From the NCBI GenBank assembly GCA_964575865.1, contig CAZNSZ010000003.1, positions 27,266-91,265 on the forward strand: DNA of 64,000 bases. Direction: 5' to 3'. Source of the DNA: an uncultured Bacteroides sp. (lineage in GTDB: Bacteria; Bacteroidota; Bacteroidia; Bacteroidales; GCA-2748055). The translations under genes were made by a program, and so were the position numbers. Below the pieces are notes generated by a model. The model saw only the letters and a program-made list of their open reading frames with translations, was not told the DNA's origin and did not search any database. The stretch's first letter is position 1; every line of letters starts with the position of its first letter. Shown here in pieces: positions 19,462-29,499 of this stretch.

Positions 19462-20187
19462 ATGAAAAGAACCGTGATCATCTGGAGCTGTGTTCTTGCC
19501 CTCTGCGGGGGAGCCACAGGATTGAACGCCCAGAACCTGGGGGTCACCGCCACTGTTGGTCTGGGCACCTACCGGATGGATGATATGAAATACCTGCTGG
19601 AATCGATCATGGAGACCTACCCGGTGGAAGCCAGGGTGATCAGTTCATTCCCTGCCTATACCTCCACATCGGCAGGGATGGTGAAGAGGCTCTACCCGCA
19701 TGTGAAGGTTGGCGCCGCATACGGCTTTTCCACATCGGGGAGCAAGGCCGATTATTCGGATTATTCGGGAGCCATCCGGACCACCATTGTGGCGGTTTCA
19801 CACCGCCTGGGGGCACTGGCGGCCTACACCCCGTTGTCCGGGGAAAGGCTCGAACTATCGGTATACGGCAGGATTGATCTGAACATGACCCGCATGGATG
19901 TTTCCTCCTACCTGGTCGCCGCCGGTTACTCCAGCGGTGTGGAGAACAAATACAGGGCCTTCAGTCCGCAGCTCTCCGCATTCGCGGAGCTGCTGTACAA
20001 CCTCGGAAGATTTTCCCTTGGCATTGAAGGCGGGTACCTGGTGGACATCCCCGGTGAACTGAAGGGAAGCGGCGGGGGACCTGACCTGACCGATCCGGCG
20101 GGAGGAAGGGAACTGCTCACCTCGGACTGGACCGGATGGCGGACCGGCATCAAGATGATCCTCTGGCTCGATTTTCCCGAACCCTAA
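19462..20187 (+). CDS. hypothetical outer-membrane beta-barrel-like protein
   Basis: Signal peptide and an alternating hydrophobic pattern. Adjacent to the lipoprotein gene. Confidence 0.4.
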   Translation: MKRTVIIWSCVLALCGGATGLNAQNLGVTATVGLGTYRMDDMKYLLESIMETYPVEARVISSFPAYTSTSAGMVKRLYPHVKVGAAYGFSTSGSKADYSDYSGAIRTTIVAVSHRLGALAAYTPLSGERLELSVYGRIDLNMTRMDVSSYLVAAGYSSGVENKYRAFSPQLSAFAELLYNLGRFSLGIEGGYLVDIPGELKGSGGGPDLTDPAGGRELLTSDWTGWRTGIKMILWLDFPEP

Positions 20188-20960
20188 GGACCGGTGATCT
20201 GGCGCATGAAGCCACTGATCTTCTCCTCCAGAGGCCCCTCTTTCCCCAGGGCTTCGATGAAGGCACTTCCGATGATCGCACCCTGCGCATGCCGGCATGC
20301 TGTTTCAAAAGTGGAGCGGCTGGAAATTCCGAATCCAATGAGTCCCGGCAGGGAGAGGTCCATGTCTGCCAGCCTTCTGAAATAATGTTCCTGCTGTTCG
20401 CTGATCTCCCCCCGGGCCCCGGTGGTGGCTGCATCGGCAACAAGGTACAGGAATCCGCGTGAAAGCGAGGCGATTTTTCTGATCCGCTCTGCGGAGGTAT
20501 GGGGGGTGATCAGCAGGATGTGGTGGATTCCCCGCTCTTCGAATGATGTGCGGTAGTATGTTTCATATTCTTCCGGCGGCAGGTCGGGAATGATCACGCC
20601 GTCGATCCCGGCACCCATGCACCGCTTCAGGAACCGGTCCATCCCCATCCTGTGGATGGGATTGAAATATCCCATCAAAACCAGGGGGATGCGGATCTCC
20701 GGCCGGGCTTTTTCCAGCTGGTCGAACAACAGGTTCAGGTTCATCCCGTTGCGAAGGGCCGCCTGGCTGCTGTTCTGGATGACCGGCCCGTCGGCCATGG
20801 GATCCGAAAACGGGATCCCCACCTCCACCATATGGGCTCCGGATCCCTGCAGGGCCCTCAGCATTGGCAGCGTATCATTCAATCCGGGATACCCGGCGGT
20901 GATGTAAACCGAAAGGATGCCTGACTTTTTCTCCTGAAATAAGCGGTCTATTCTGTTCAT
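20184..20960 (-). CDS. trpA: tryptophan synthase alpha chain
   Basis: VEVGIPFSDPMADGPVIQ motif. Last gene of the trp operon. Confidence 0.9.
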   Translation of the reverse strand: MNRIDRLFQEKKSGILSVYITAGYPGLNDTLPMLRALQGSGAHMVEVGIPFSDPMADGPVIQNSSQAALRNGMNLNLLFDQLEKARPEIRIPLVLMGYFNPIHRMGMDRFLKRCMGAGIDGVIIPDLPPEEYETYYRTSFEERGIHHILLITPHTSAERIRKIASLSRGFLYLVADAATTGARGEISEQQEHYFRRLADMDLSLPGLIGFGISSRSTFETACRHAQGAIIGSAFIEALGKEGPLEEKISGFMRQITGP

Positions 20961-20970
20961 GGCATATCAT

Positions 20971-22161
20971 TCATAATCCAAGACTCCTGATGTAGGTCTC
21001 CATGTCCTTGTCCCCCCTCCCTGAAAGGTTGACCACCACGGTATCCTGCTCACCCGGCTGCAGCTTGTCCAGAACAGCCAGCGCATGTGCCGTTTCCAGG
21101 GCCGGGATGATCCCTTCCAGCCGGGTACAGCGCAGTGCCGCCTGCAGGGCCTCCTCGTCGGTGGCGGCCAGGACCGTTGCCCTGCCGGATTGTGCCAGCC
21201 AGGCATGCAGCGGTCCAACCCCGGGATAATCCAGCCCGGCGGAGACGCTGTAGGGTTCGATGATCTGTCCGTCGTCGTCCTGCATCAGCAGGGTCCTGCT
21301 CCCATGGATGATCCCCACCGAGCCCAGCAGTGAGGTGGCCGCGGTCTGTCCGCTCCCGATACCGAGCCCGGCCGCCTCGGCCGAGATCAGCCGGACCCGT
21401 TCATCATCCAGGTAATGGTAATAGGCACCTGCCGCGTTGCTGCCCCCTCCCACACAGGCCACCAGGTAATCGGGATGGTCCCGTCCGGTCTTTTCCTTCA
21501 GCTGCACCTTCAATTCCTCGGAAATCACGGACTGAAAGCGGGTCACCATATCGGGATAGGGATGGGGGCCCACCACCGATCCGATGATGTAATGGGTATC
21601 GACGGGGTTTCGGATCCAGTCCCGGATCGCTTCATTGGTGGCGTCCTTCAGTGTCCGGTTCCCGCTGTAGACCGGGACCACCGTGGCTCCCAGCATCTTC
21701 ATCTTCTTTACATTGGGGGACTGCCGTTCCACATCCAGGGCCCCCATATAGACGATGCACTCCACTCCTGTCATGGCACAGACCGTGGCGGTGGCGACAC
21801 CGTGCTGACCGGCGCCTGTTTCTGCAATGATCCTGCTTTTGCCAAGCTGCCTGGCCAGGAGGATCTGACCGATGGTGTTGTTGATCTTGTGGGCCCCGGT
21901 ATGGTTCAGGTCCTCCCGTTTCAGGAAGATCCGGGTCCGGTAGTGAGCCGACAGCCTCTCCGCCTCATAAAGCGGGGTGGGGCGGCCGGCGTAATCCCGA
22001 AGCAGCTGCCTGAACCTCTCTCGGAACGTTTCCGATCCGATGATCTCCAGGTAGCGCTCCTCCAGCTCCCGGATATTGGGAACCAGCATCTCGGGCACAT
22101 AGGCACCCCCGAATTCCCCGTAGAATCCTTTCCGGTCCGCATGGTATCTCATTTCGCTCAC
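20971..22161 (-). CDS. trpB: tryptophan synthase beta chain
   Basis: PLP-lysine motif [11 protein letters not shown], plus GGGSNA. Confidence 0.95.
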   Translation of the reverse strand: MSEMRYHADRKGFYGEFGGAYVPEMLVPNIRELEERYLEIIGSETFRERFRQLLRDYAGRPTPLYEAERLSAHYRTRIFLKREDLNHTGAHKINNTIGQILLARQLGKSRIIAETGAGQHGVATATVCAMTGVECIVYMGALDVERQSPNVKKMKMLGATVVPVYSGNRTLKDATNEAIRDWIRNPVDTHYIIGSVVGPHPYPDMVTRFQSVISEELKVQLKEKTGRDHPDYLVACVGGGSNAAGAYYHYLDDERVRLISAEAAGLGIGSGQTAATSLLGSVGIIHGSRTLLMQDDDGQIIEPYSVSAGLDYPGVGPLHAWLAQSGRATVLAATDEEALQAALRCTRLEGIIPALETAHALAVLDKLQPGEQDTVVVNLSGRGDKDMETYIRSLGL

Positions 22162-22165
22162 TTTT

Positions 22166-22930
22166 TCAGTTCAACGGTTTTCTGATTGCATCAATAAATG
22201 GTTTCAGCAGCTTAACATCCTTGATCCCCGGCGACAACTCGAACCGGCTGTTCAGGTCCACTCCGGACAAGGCAGGGTGCCCCAGCTGCCTTACCCGCTC
22301 CGCATCCTCCGGTCCGATCCCCCCTCCCAGCAGAAAGGGCAGGCTGATGTCCATCTGCCCGAGAAGGTTCCAGTCAAATGGGATTCCGCTGCCTCCCGAA
22401 CCGCTGCTCCCGCTGTCAAACAGCAGGTAATGGACCACCCCCACAAAATCCGAAGGAAGGTTGGTTCCGCCGGAGCGGATTCGGGCTGCTCCTGTGTCCC
22501 GCAGGAAGGCCTCCCCCTTCCCCCCGGCATGGATGGCTTTGATCAGCGGGATCCCCGCATCGGTGAGTTCCCGGCAATAGGCGGGAGATTCGGATCCATG
22601 CAGCTGCACCAGGTCAAGCGGACACGATTCGAACAGCTTCCGGACCCGGGTGACCGGTTCATCCACGAATACCCCCACCCTGGCGGAACCCGCCCCGGGG
22701 ATCCGGAAGAGGGCCGGATCGGGGGCCTCCCCCACATACCTGGGCGATCCGGGAACGAAGATATACCCTATGAAATCGGGATCAAGGGCGCATACCTCCT
22801 CCACATTCCCGGGCTGCATAAGCCCGCAGATCTTCACCTTCAGGGGCCTGCCCGGATTTCCGGACGGCCATGTGGCTTCAGGAACTTCCATTGATCCCGT
22901 CTTGTCTTGTTTCTTCCCTTTTCCTTTCAT
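22166..22930 (-). CDS. trpF: phosphoribosylanthranilate isomerase (with ~30-aa Lys-rich N-terminal extension if the ATG at 22930 is used)
   Basis: KVKICGL core. The ATG at 22930 overlaps the trpC stop in an ATGA arrangement. Confidence 0.8.
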   Translation of the reverse strand: MKGKGKKQDKTGSMEVPEATWPSGNPGRPLKVKICGLMQPGNVEEVCALDPDFIGYIFVPGSPRYVGEAPDPALFRIPGAGSARVGVFVDEPVTRVRKLFESCPLDLVQLHGSESPAYCRELTDAGIPLIKAIHAGGKGEAFLRDTGAARIRSGGTNLPSDFVGVVHYLLFDSGSSGSGGSGIPFDWNLLGQMDISLPFLLGGGIGPEDAERVRQLGHPALSGVDLNSRFELSPGIKDVKLLKPFIDAIRKPLN

Positions 22931-23733
22931 TCACCGTGGCTTTCTGTTCCGGACCGCAGGTCCCGGATGAACTCCCCGCAGGCCAGTCCGGGATCATCCT
23001 GTTTCATGAACCTTTCTCCCATCAGGAAGAGCGAATAACCGGCCCGGTGAAGCCGGCGGACCTCCTCAACGGTGCCCAGGCCGCTCTCAGAGACCGCCAC
23101 CACATCCTCCGGAAGCTGCCTGATCAGCTCCATGCCCAGTTCCGTATCCACCTTGAAGGTTTTTAGGTCCCGGTTATTGACCCCTACCAGGGAAATGGAT
23201 CCGTGGTATTTGTCCAGGTCATCCAGCTCGTGTACCTCAAAGAGAACCTGTAATCCGAGGGAACGCGCCTCCAGGGAAAGCTCTTCCACCTGGCGCTTTT
23301 CCAGCATGGCCGCTATCAGCAGGACCATGTCCGCCCCGTAGGCACGCGATTCGTGAAGCTGGTAGGGATCCATGATGAAATCCTTCCGGAGCAGCACCAG
23401 CCCCTCCTCGGCCTCCCTGACCATGCGCAGGTCCCGGAAGGAGCCCCCGAAGAAATCGCGGTCCGTCAGGATACTCATGGCAGCCGCCCCCGCTCTCCGG
23501 TAGCCGGACGCCACCCGGACCGGATCGGCATCGGGGTGGATCCATCCCCGGGATGGGGACTTCCGTTTGAATTCGGCGATGATCCCCGGTCCCGCTGCAA
23601 GAGCGGCGGTATCCACTCCATTGGTCTCCCTCCCGTAATGGGGAAAGGTGCGGAGGTCGGACAGCGGCCGCCTTTTTTTCCGTTTCAGGATCTCCATCCG
23701 TTTATGCTCGGTAATGGCCTGCAGGATATTCAT
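22927..23733 (-). CDS. trpC: indole-3-glycerol-phosphate synthase
   Basis: IIAEFKRKSPS and VSESGL motifs. The start is either ATG 23733 (MNILQAI) or 23751. Confidence 0.85.
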   Translation of the reverse strand: MNILQAITEHKRMEILKRKKRRPLSDLRTFPHYGRETNGVDTAALAAGPGIIAEFKRKSPSRGWIHPDADPVRVASGYRRAGAAAMSILTDRDFFGGSFRDLRMVREAEEGLVLLRKDFIMDPYQLHESRAYGADMVLLIAAMLEKRQVEELSLEARSLGLQVLFEVHELDDLDKYHGSISLVGVNNRDLKTFKVDTELGMELIRQLPEDVVAVSESGLGTVEEVRRLHRAGYSLFLMGERFMKQDDPGLACGEFIRDLRSGTESHGE

Positions 23734-23740
23734 GGGTTGA

Positions 23741-24727
23741 TTATTGTACAAGGTTCTTAAATGTCTTCAGGGCTGCCCCCGATCTCAGGGAACGGGTCGC
23801 CCGTTCCAGGCAGTTGTCAAGTCCCTTTCCCTCATCCATGCAGAGAAGGGCCAGTGCCGCGTTGGCGATCACCACATTTTCCTGGGCTTCGGTCCCCCGT
23901 CCTTCCAGGATATCCAGGAACACCCCGGCTGCTTCCTCCACGCTGTCCCCCCCGCGGATCCGGGATGGATCGATCCTTTCCATGCCCAGGTCTGCGGGAA
24001 CCAGGCTTTTTTCGGATCGCCGGGTAAGGGCCCGGAACGGGCCTGTCAGTGAGATCTCGTCATAACCATCCAGGGCGTGGATGATGCAGAAATTCTTTCC
24101 CGATCCCTGGTAGAGGTAGTGGTAGATCCGGGCCACATCCAGGCTGTAAACACCCACCAGCTGATTGGGAGGGAACGCTGGATTGACCATGGGACCCAGC
24201 ATGTTGAAAAAGGTCTTGATGCGGAGGCTGCGCCTTACGGGTGCCACATTTTTCATGGCGGGATTGAAGAGCGGCGCATGGAGAAAACAGATGTTGTAAC
24301 GGTCCGTTTCCCGCTTCAGCCGGTCCGGATCGCTGGTGAAGCGGTAGCCGTAATACTCCAGTACATTGGAGGAGCCGCAGGCGGAAGAGACACTGTAGTT
24401 CCCGTGCTTGGCCACCTTCTCCCCCGCCCCTGCCACCACGAACGCGGCCAGGGTCGAGATGTTGAAGGTATTCTTCTCATCTCCGCCTGTACCACAGACA
24501 TCGATGGTATTGAATCCCGACAGGTCCACCGGGCTGCACAGCTCCAGCAGTGCATCCCTGAATCCCGCAAGCTCGTCCACCGTGATGCTGCGCATGAGGT
24601 ACACCGTTATGAAAGCCGCCATTTCGGCATCGTTGTATTTCCCCCCGGCCATGTTCCGGAGCACCGTTTTGGCCTCCTCCTTTCCGAGGGTCTTCTGATC
24701 GAACAGGTATTGCAGGATCTCTTTCAT
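23741..24727 (-). CDS. trpD: anthranilate phosphoribosyltransferase
   Basis: DVCGTGGDEKNTFNISTLAAFVVA motif. Confidence 0.9.
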   Translation of the reverse strand: MKEILQYLFDQKTLGKEEAKTVLRNMAGGKYNDAEMAAFITVYLMRSITVDELAGFRDALLELCSPVDLSGFNTIDVCGTGGDEKNTFNISTLAAFVVAGAGEKVAKHGNYSVSSACGSSNVLEYYGYRFTSDPDRLKRETDRYNICFLHAPLFNPAMKNVAPVRRSLRIKTFFNMLGPMVNPAFPPNQLVGVYSLDVARIYHYLYQGSGKNFCIIHALDGYDEISLTGPFRALTRRSEKSLVPADLGMERIDPSRIRGGDSVEEAAGVFLDILEGRGTEAQENVVIANAALALLCMDEGKGLDNCLERATRSLRSGAALKTFKNLVQ

Positions 24728-24739
24728 CGTTGTTGTTGC

Positions 24740-25333
24740 TTATGGTGACGCCGGACGTGAGGGATGCCTCAGCCAGTTCAGGATCATTCTTCCCCCGTAT
24801 TCGGTGAGCACTGACTCGGGATGGAACTGGACCCCGCGTACGTCATGTGTTCTGTGCCTGATGGCCATGATGGTTCCCTCGTCATTCTCAACGGTAATTT
24901 CCAGTTCCCCCGGCAGGCTTTCGCGGTCAGCCACCCAGGAGTGGTAACGGCCTGCCTCAAATTCCGCCGGGACCCCTTCCAGCAGGTAGTCCCCCGGGAC
25001 CACCTGCTTCATCTTCCCCACCACACCGTGGTATACCCTGGCCAGGTTGGTCAGGGTTCCACCGTACGCTTCGGCGATGGCCTGGTGACCCAGGCAGACG
25101 CCAAGGATGCTCTTTTCGGGACCGTACCGCCGGATCAGGTCAAGGGTAATGCCCGCTTCCACGGGTATCCCGGGACCCGGACTGATCACGATCTTCCCGA
25201 AGTCAGCCACTTCATCCAGGCTGATCCGGTCATTGCGCCTGACCACCACCTCCGTTCCCTCCACCCTTTCCATGTACTGGACAAGGTTGTAGGTAAAGGA
25301 GTCATAATTATCCACCACCAGTATTTTCATCAC
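24740..25333 (-). CDS. trpG: anthranilate synthase component II (glutamine amidotransferase)
   Basis: ILGVCLGHQAI and GVQFHPES class-I GATase motifs. Confidence 0.9.
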   Translation of the reverse strand: MMKILVVDNYDSFTYNLVQYMERVEGTEVVVRRNDRISLDEVADFGKIVISPGPGIPVEAGITLDLIRRYGPEKSILGVCLGHQAIAEAYGGTLTNLARVYHGVVGKMKQVVPGDYLLEGVPAEFEAGRYHSWVADRESLPGELEITVENDEGTIMAIRHRTHDVRGVQFHPESVLTEYGGRMILNWLRHPSRPASP

Positions 25334-25336
25334 ATT

Positions 25337-26758
25337 CTATTTCAGGTCAGACATTTTTCTGGCCATTTCAATGGCCGATTTCAGGGCTGCAAGCTTGTTG
25401 TTCACTTCCTGGAGTTCCCCCTCCTCGGTGGATTCGGAAACCACCCCCGCACCGGCCTGGTAATAGAGCCTGTGGTCCCGGGAGAGGAACGAGCGGATCA
25501 TGATGGCATGGTTGATGTCCCCGTTGAAGCGGATGAATCCGATGGTCCCGCCATAGTAGCCGCGCCGTTTGCCCTCGTACTGGTCAATCAGTTCCATGGC
25601 CCGGTACTTGGGTGCCCCTGAAAGGGTACCGGCCGGAAACGATTCCGCCATGATGCGGATGGTATTGGCCGTGTCGGGCAGGATCCCCGATACCCTGGAG
25701 ACCATGTGGATCACATGGGAATAGAACTGTATCTCCCTGTACTCCTCTACGGTTACCCTGGAGGTGGTCCGGCTCAGGTCGTTCCGGGCCAGGTCCACCA
25801 GCATCACATGCTCTGCATTCTCCTTTTCATCCCTTGACAGCTTCCTGGCCAGTTCCTGATCCTCCATATCATTCCCTGTCCTCCTGAAAGTCCCTGCGAT
25901 GGGATTGATGTACGCCTTTCCCCCCTTCACCTCGATCTGCGCTTCCGGAGAGGATCCGAAGATCCTGTAGTCGCCGTAATCGAAATAGAAGAGGTAGGGC
26001 GAAGGATTGATGGAACGGAGCGCACGGTAAACATTGAACTCATCTCCGGTGAAGGCCTGGGAGAACTGCCTGGAAAGGACGATCTGGAACACATCCCCCC
26101 TGTGGCAGTGCGCTTTTCCCCGGGTCACCATTTGCCGGTAATCGTCATCCGTCAGGTTTGAAGTTTCGTCCCCCTCGGTATCGAATCCATAGGTGGCAAT
26201 GTTCCGGTTATGCAGCAGTGCCGCCACATGCCCGATCTCGCTCTCCCCTCCGTTGACCAGGTGTTCGAAGAGCACCAGTTCATTGGTCAGGTGGTTGATC
26301 GCCAGCACGAATCTGAAAAAATCGTAACGGATCTCCGGGATCCGCTCACCCGGTGGCTGATCGGAGCTGAACCTGATCTGTTCGAAGTATTCCACTGCGT
26401 CGTAGGTACAGTATCCGAAAATCCCGTCCACCATCATCTCCGCTCCCCCTTGCTCCATCTCGAAACTGGACAGGAACTGGTTCAACAGGTCCACCACCGT
26501 CTGCTCCCCGTCCACCACGGTTACCTGCGGGGAGTGACCGGGCAGGTCTGTGGTGGCCCTCCCCTGTTCCACCCTGAAACCGGCGATGGGATCCAGGCAG
26601 ATGAATGAAAATGAATTCTCCTTGCTGTGATAGTCAGAACTTTCCAGCAAGAGTGCATTGGGATAGATATCCCTGACTTTTAAATAGATACTTACCGGCG
26701 TGATGATATCTGCCAGTATTTTGCGCCTTTCTACCCTGACCGGTACCCGTTTCATCAT
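25337..26758 (-). CDS. trpE: anthranilate synthase component I
   Basis: Chorismate-binding C-terminus with FPAGTLSGAPKYRAMELI and GAGVVSES. Confidence 0.9.
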   Translation of the reverse strand: MMKRVPVRVERRKILADIITPVSIYLKVRDIYPNALLLESSDYHSKENSFSFICLDPIAGFRVEQGRATTDLPGHSPQVTVVDGEQTVVDLLNQFLSSFEMEQGGAEMMVDGIFGYCTYDAVEYFEQIRFSSDQPPGERIPEIRYDFFRFVLAINHLTNELVLFEHLVNGGESEIGHVAALLHNRNIATYGFDTEGDETSNLTDDDYRQMVTRGKAHCHRGDVFQIVLSRQFSQAFTGDEFNVYRALRSINPSPYLFYFDYGDYRIFGSSPEAQIEVKGGKAYINPIAGTFRRTGNDMEDQELARKLSRDEKENAEHVMLVDLARNDLSRTTSRVTVEEYREIQFYSHVIHMVSRVSGILPDTANTIRIMAESFPAGTLSGAPKYRAMELIDQYEGKRRGYYGGTIGFIRFNGDINHAIMIRSFLSRDHRLYYQAGAGVVSESTEEGELQEVNNKLAALKSAIEMARKMSDLK

Positions 26759-26814
26759 TTGTTGTTATCCATGTGATTAATTCGTATCATATATCCCTGA
26801 TCCGCAGGGTGCAC

Positions 26815-26845
26815 AAAAAAAAAGGCTTCCGCCGAAGTGGAAGCC
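26815..26845 (-). terminator. intrinsic terminator of the trp leader (attenuator)
   Basis: Minus strand reads GGCUUCC-AC-UUCG-GC-GGAAGCC (26845 to 24) followed by U9 (26823 to 15). It ends 56 nt before the trpE ATG. An A4 run precedes the stem. Confidence 0.75.
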
Positions 26846-26875
26846 TTTTGTATCGTTGTGCACAACGGGCTGGCC

Positions 26876-26935
26876 CTATGCTCCGGCATTTCGGAAACAG
26901 GAGTGCCACCACCAGTTTGTGCGGATCAAGGTCAT
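26876..26935 (-). CDS. trp operon leader peptide (19 aa, MTLIRTNWWWHSCFRNAGA)
   Basis: Hand translation of the minus strand: ATG ACC TTG ATC CGC ACA AAC TGG TGG TGG CAC TCC TGT TTC CGA AAT GCC GGA GCA TAG. The three consecutive Trp codons are at 26906-26914. Confidence 0.7.
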   Translation of the reverse strand: MTLIRTNWWWHSCFRNAGA

Positions 26936-27021
26936 TTGAGGTTCTGATTTGCCTGTCAAATTAAAGGAAAGATTTTAAATCTTCCAAATTTCATTACTTT
27001 CAACCTGCAAAGTGATGCATC

Positions 27022-27783
27022 ATGGCCGTGAAAATCCTGAGAAACTTCCTGGTCTTCTTCTCCGTCTGGCTGGCAGTCATGCTGATCTACACACTAACAC
27101 ACGGGGTCAATGACCTGGAGTACCTGTGGAAGTTTTCGCTCCTTCCCGGGGCATTCCTGGGCGTGATTGCTGTCCTGGCCACTGCGCTCCAGCAAATGTT
27201 TGCCGTAAAGAAAGGCATCAACTGGGTGTTTCTGGGCTTTGCGGTGGCACTGGACCAGGGGATCAAGATCTATCTCTTCTCCATCGACTGGCAATCCCTC
27301 TCCATCCCGCTGATCGAACCGGTTTTTTACATCGAGCCCGCCCAGAACACCCTGGGCTCTTACCTCTGGGTGCTCCTGGGGCTGAAGAAAGGATCGCACC
27401 TGGTCAATATCATCCTGTTCAGCCTGATCGGGGTGGTGTTCGTCGAAGTGTGGAGGTTCTATGTGAGCCGCAAGAGGAACAGCTTCTGGATCAACGGCTT
27501 CATTCACCTGTTCCTGGCGGGGCTGGGTGCCAATCTGATCGATAATGCCGTCTGGGGTGGATCCCTGGATTATGTGACCATCAAACCCTTTTACACCTTC
27601 GACCTGAAAGACCTCTACATCACCCTGTGCGAGCTGTTCCTGCTGACGGAGCTGGTGGACAACAGGCTGCTGAAAAGGTTCCTGAACATGCCCCGGGAAG
27701 ACAGCAGGAAACTGAACCGGGATTTCATTGACTTCGTCCGGCGCGACTTCGGGGTCGGTAAAAAGGATCCGGAGGATCAGTGA
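27022..27783 (+). CDS. signal peptidase II (LspA)-family membrane protein
   Basis: ALDQGIKIYL, NTLGSY, GANLIDN and FDLKDL segments parallel the LspA DQxxK, NxGxxF, GNxxDR and FNxAD regions. The C-terminal tail is charged. Confidence 0.5.
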   Translation: MAVKILRNFLVFFSVWLAVMLIYTLTHGVNDLEYLWKFSLLPGAFLGVIAVLATALQQMFAVKKGINWVFLGFAVALDQGIKIYLFSIDWQSLSIPLIEPVFYIEPAQNTLGSYLWVLLGLKKGSHLVNIILFSLIGVVFVEVWRFYVSRKRNSFWINGFIHLFLAGLGANLIDNAVWGGSLDYVTIKPFYTFDLKDLYITLCELFLLTELVDNRLLKRFLNMPREDSRKLNRDFIDFVRRDFGVGKKDPEDQ

Positions 27784-28298
27784 AGGATCAGGGCGGACAT
27801 CAGCCTGTGACACCGCTGCATGTCTGCCACCATGGAGGAGGCGGAGATGGTTCCCCCGGAAACCCCGTCGATATCCTTGCCCAGGTGAAGCGGACCTCCC
27901 CGGTATCCATGAAACTGGCTCAGCCACCGGGGATGGGCGATGGCCCCTCCGTGGTCGGACCGGTACCGTGTGACCACCACACCCTCCACCACCAGCGAGT
28001 CATTGTACAATATGGCATAATCGAACGCATCGAACCTGCCCGGGGCACGGGTTGACAGCAGGTAGCCCGTTCTCCCTGAACTTCCGGTCATTCTGAACAC
28101 ACAGTCTCCGGGATGCAGAATTCCGGCAAGGGCTTCCTGTTGATCCAGAAGGGGAACCGGCTGCAGGATCACTTGTTCTCCGAATCGTTTCTCAGCCTCT
28201 CGGATCTCTTTTCGTCCGGGCACGCACTCCGGCTGGCCCAGCAGCCATATGGCCTGTGATGCCAGCAGCAGGACAGTCATTTGAAATCTCCTTTTCAT
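27777..28298 (-). CDS. FMN-binding domain protein (secreted)
   Basis: Signal peptide MKRRFQMTVLLLASQAIWLLG. The C-terminal IDGVSGGTISASS resembles the FMN_bind motif (D-x-V/I-S-G-A/G-T). Start trimmed to 28298. Confidence 0.6.
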   Translation of the reverse strand: MKRRFQMTVLLLASQAIWLLGQPECVPGRKEIREAEKRFGEQVILQPVPLLDQQEALAGILHPGDCVFRMTGSSGRTGYLLSTRAPGRFDAFDYAILYNDSLVVEGVVVTRYRSDHGGAIAHPRWLSQFHGYRGGPLHLGKDIDGVSGGTISASSMVADMQRCHRLMSALILH

Positions 28299-28308
28299 GA
28301 TACCCCGG

Positions 28309-29499
28309 TCAGAACCATACCCCCACGCCTGCATTGAACTGGCCCCGGTAGGATCCTTCGGCCTTGTTTCCGAACAGCTGCATGTCCACCTTGAGCACTG
28401 CCCCCGGAGTCACTTTCCACCCGATGCCCATGGTGATGTCGGTCCTGTTCAGGGCAGGGTCCTGCAGGACACCCTCCTCCACGGAAGCATGGGTATTGTA
28501 TTGTTCGAACCTGACGAACGGGATAAGCTCCGTCTCTGTCCAGTCCGCTCTGTGGAACACGTCACAGGCCACTTCGGCATACCACCCCCCCATGGTACTC
28601 CCCAGGTCACTCCCTGTAAAGGCATTGTAGGTGCCCGCACCTGAAACCCAGCCGTAATTGGCCTGTCCCCTCAGCCGCCATCCTCCCGTTGTATAGCGGA
28701 TATCTGCCCCCAGCATGGTCAGGCCCACCCTGCTCGAATCGGCCCGTGCCAGGGCCACCCGGTCCGCTTTCCCCGCACCATCGTATAGGATCGACTGCGT
28801 TTTTCCCGCGTATGCCGATACGCCAAGCTGTAATCCTGCAATACCGAAATAATTGACCCGGAAGGCTGCATTGGGTGCGCTCATGAACGATTCAGCCCCT
28901 TTCTGCCTGCCGCTCCTGAACCCGTTTGGCCCGCTGAGCCTGGCGGTCCCGTCATAGCCGTTGAATCCGTTCACCACATAAGCCTGGTACGAGATGGCCG
29001 CCGAAGGGAAGGTCCCCGTAAATCCGGCCCCGATCTCCCTCCAGGTGGTGGGCACGATGATTTTGTCCAGGTTGGGCCTTTCCACCCCGTTGAAAGTGGG
29101 GGGCTCATGGTATTCATTGATGATCCCCATGGGGATCAGGACCAGTCCCCCGCGAAACTTCAGCCAGGGAAGGATCTCCACCTGCAGGAATGCCTGCTCC
29201 ACATAGACCTCCTCCACATGCTCCAGTTCCACTTCAGAGATGAACTGAACCCTGTCGCCGAACTTATAGCCAAGCATCAGCACCAGCCTGTGCACATCAA
29301 GGGTCCCGTTGCTGTAAGCTCCCTGCATCAGCGGCTGGTTGTAATCGATCTGTGCATATCCCCCCAGCGTCAGGCGCTGCTCCTGCTGCATCATCCTTCC
29401 GGCTGTGTTCACTTCTTCCTGTGCAAGGACCTTTCCTTTCACCATGAGCAGCACCATCGCTGCGGCCATGCCACTCCATACCAAACGCGTTTTCACCAT
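28309..29499 (-). CDS. outer-membrane porin-like beta-barrel protein
   Basis: Signal peptide, amphipathic beta-strand periodicity, and a terminal aromatic residue (GVGVWF). Confidence 0.55.
   Translation of the reverse strand: MVKTRLVWSGMAAAMVLLMVKGKVLAQEEVNTAGRMMQQEQRLTLGGYAQIDYNQPLMQGAYSNGTLDVHRLVLMLGYKFGDRVQFISEVELEHVEEVYVEQAFLQVEILPWLKFRGGLVLIPMGIINEYHEPPTFNGVERPNLDKIIVPTTWREIGAGFTGTFPSAAISYQAYVVNGFNGYDGTARLSGPNGFRSGRQKGAESFMSAPNAAFRVNYFGIAGLQLGVSAYAGKTQSILYDGAGKADRVALARADSSRVGLTMLGADIRYTTGGWRLRGQANYGWVSGAGTYNAFTGSDLGSTMGGWYAEVACDVFHRADWTETELIPFVRFEQYNTHASVEEGVLQDPALNRTDITMGIGWKVTPGAVLKVDMQLFGNKAEGSYRGQFNAGVGVWF

Noticed and set aside
26852-26861. The UUGUGCACAA palindrome in the trp leader and its partial repeat UUGUGCAC after the terminator (26810-26817), considered as the antiterminator.
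   Set aside because: These segments can pair with each other (8 bp), but that pairing would enclose rather than disrupt the terminator. I could not identify an unambiguous 2:3 antiterminator helix by eye, so I make no specific antiterminator call.
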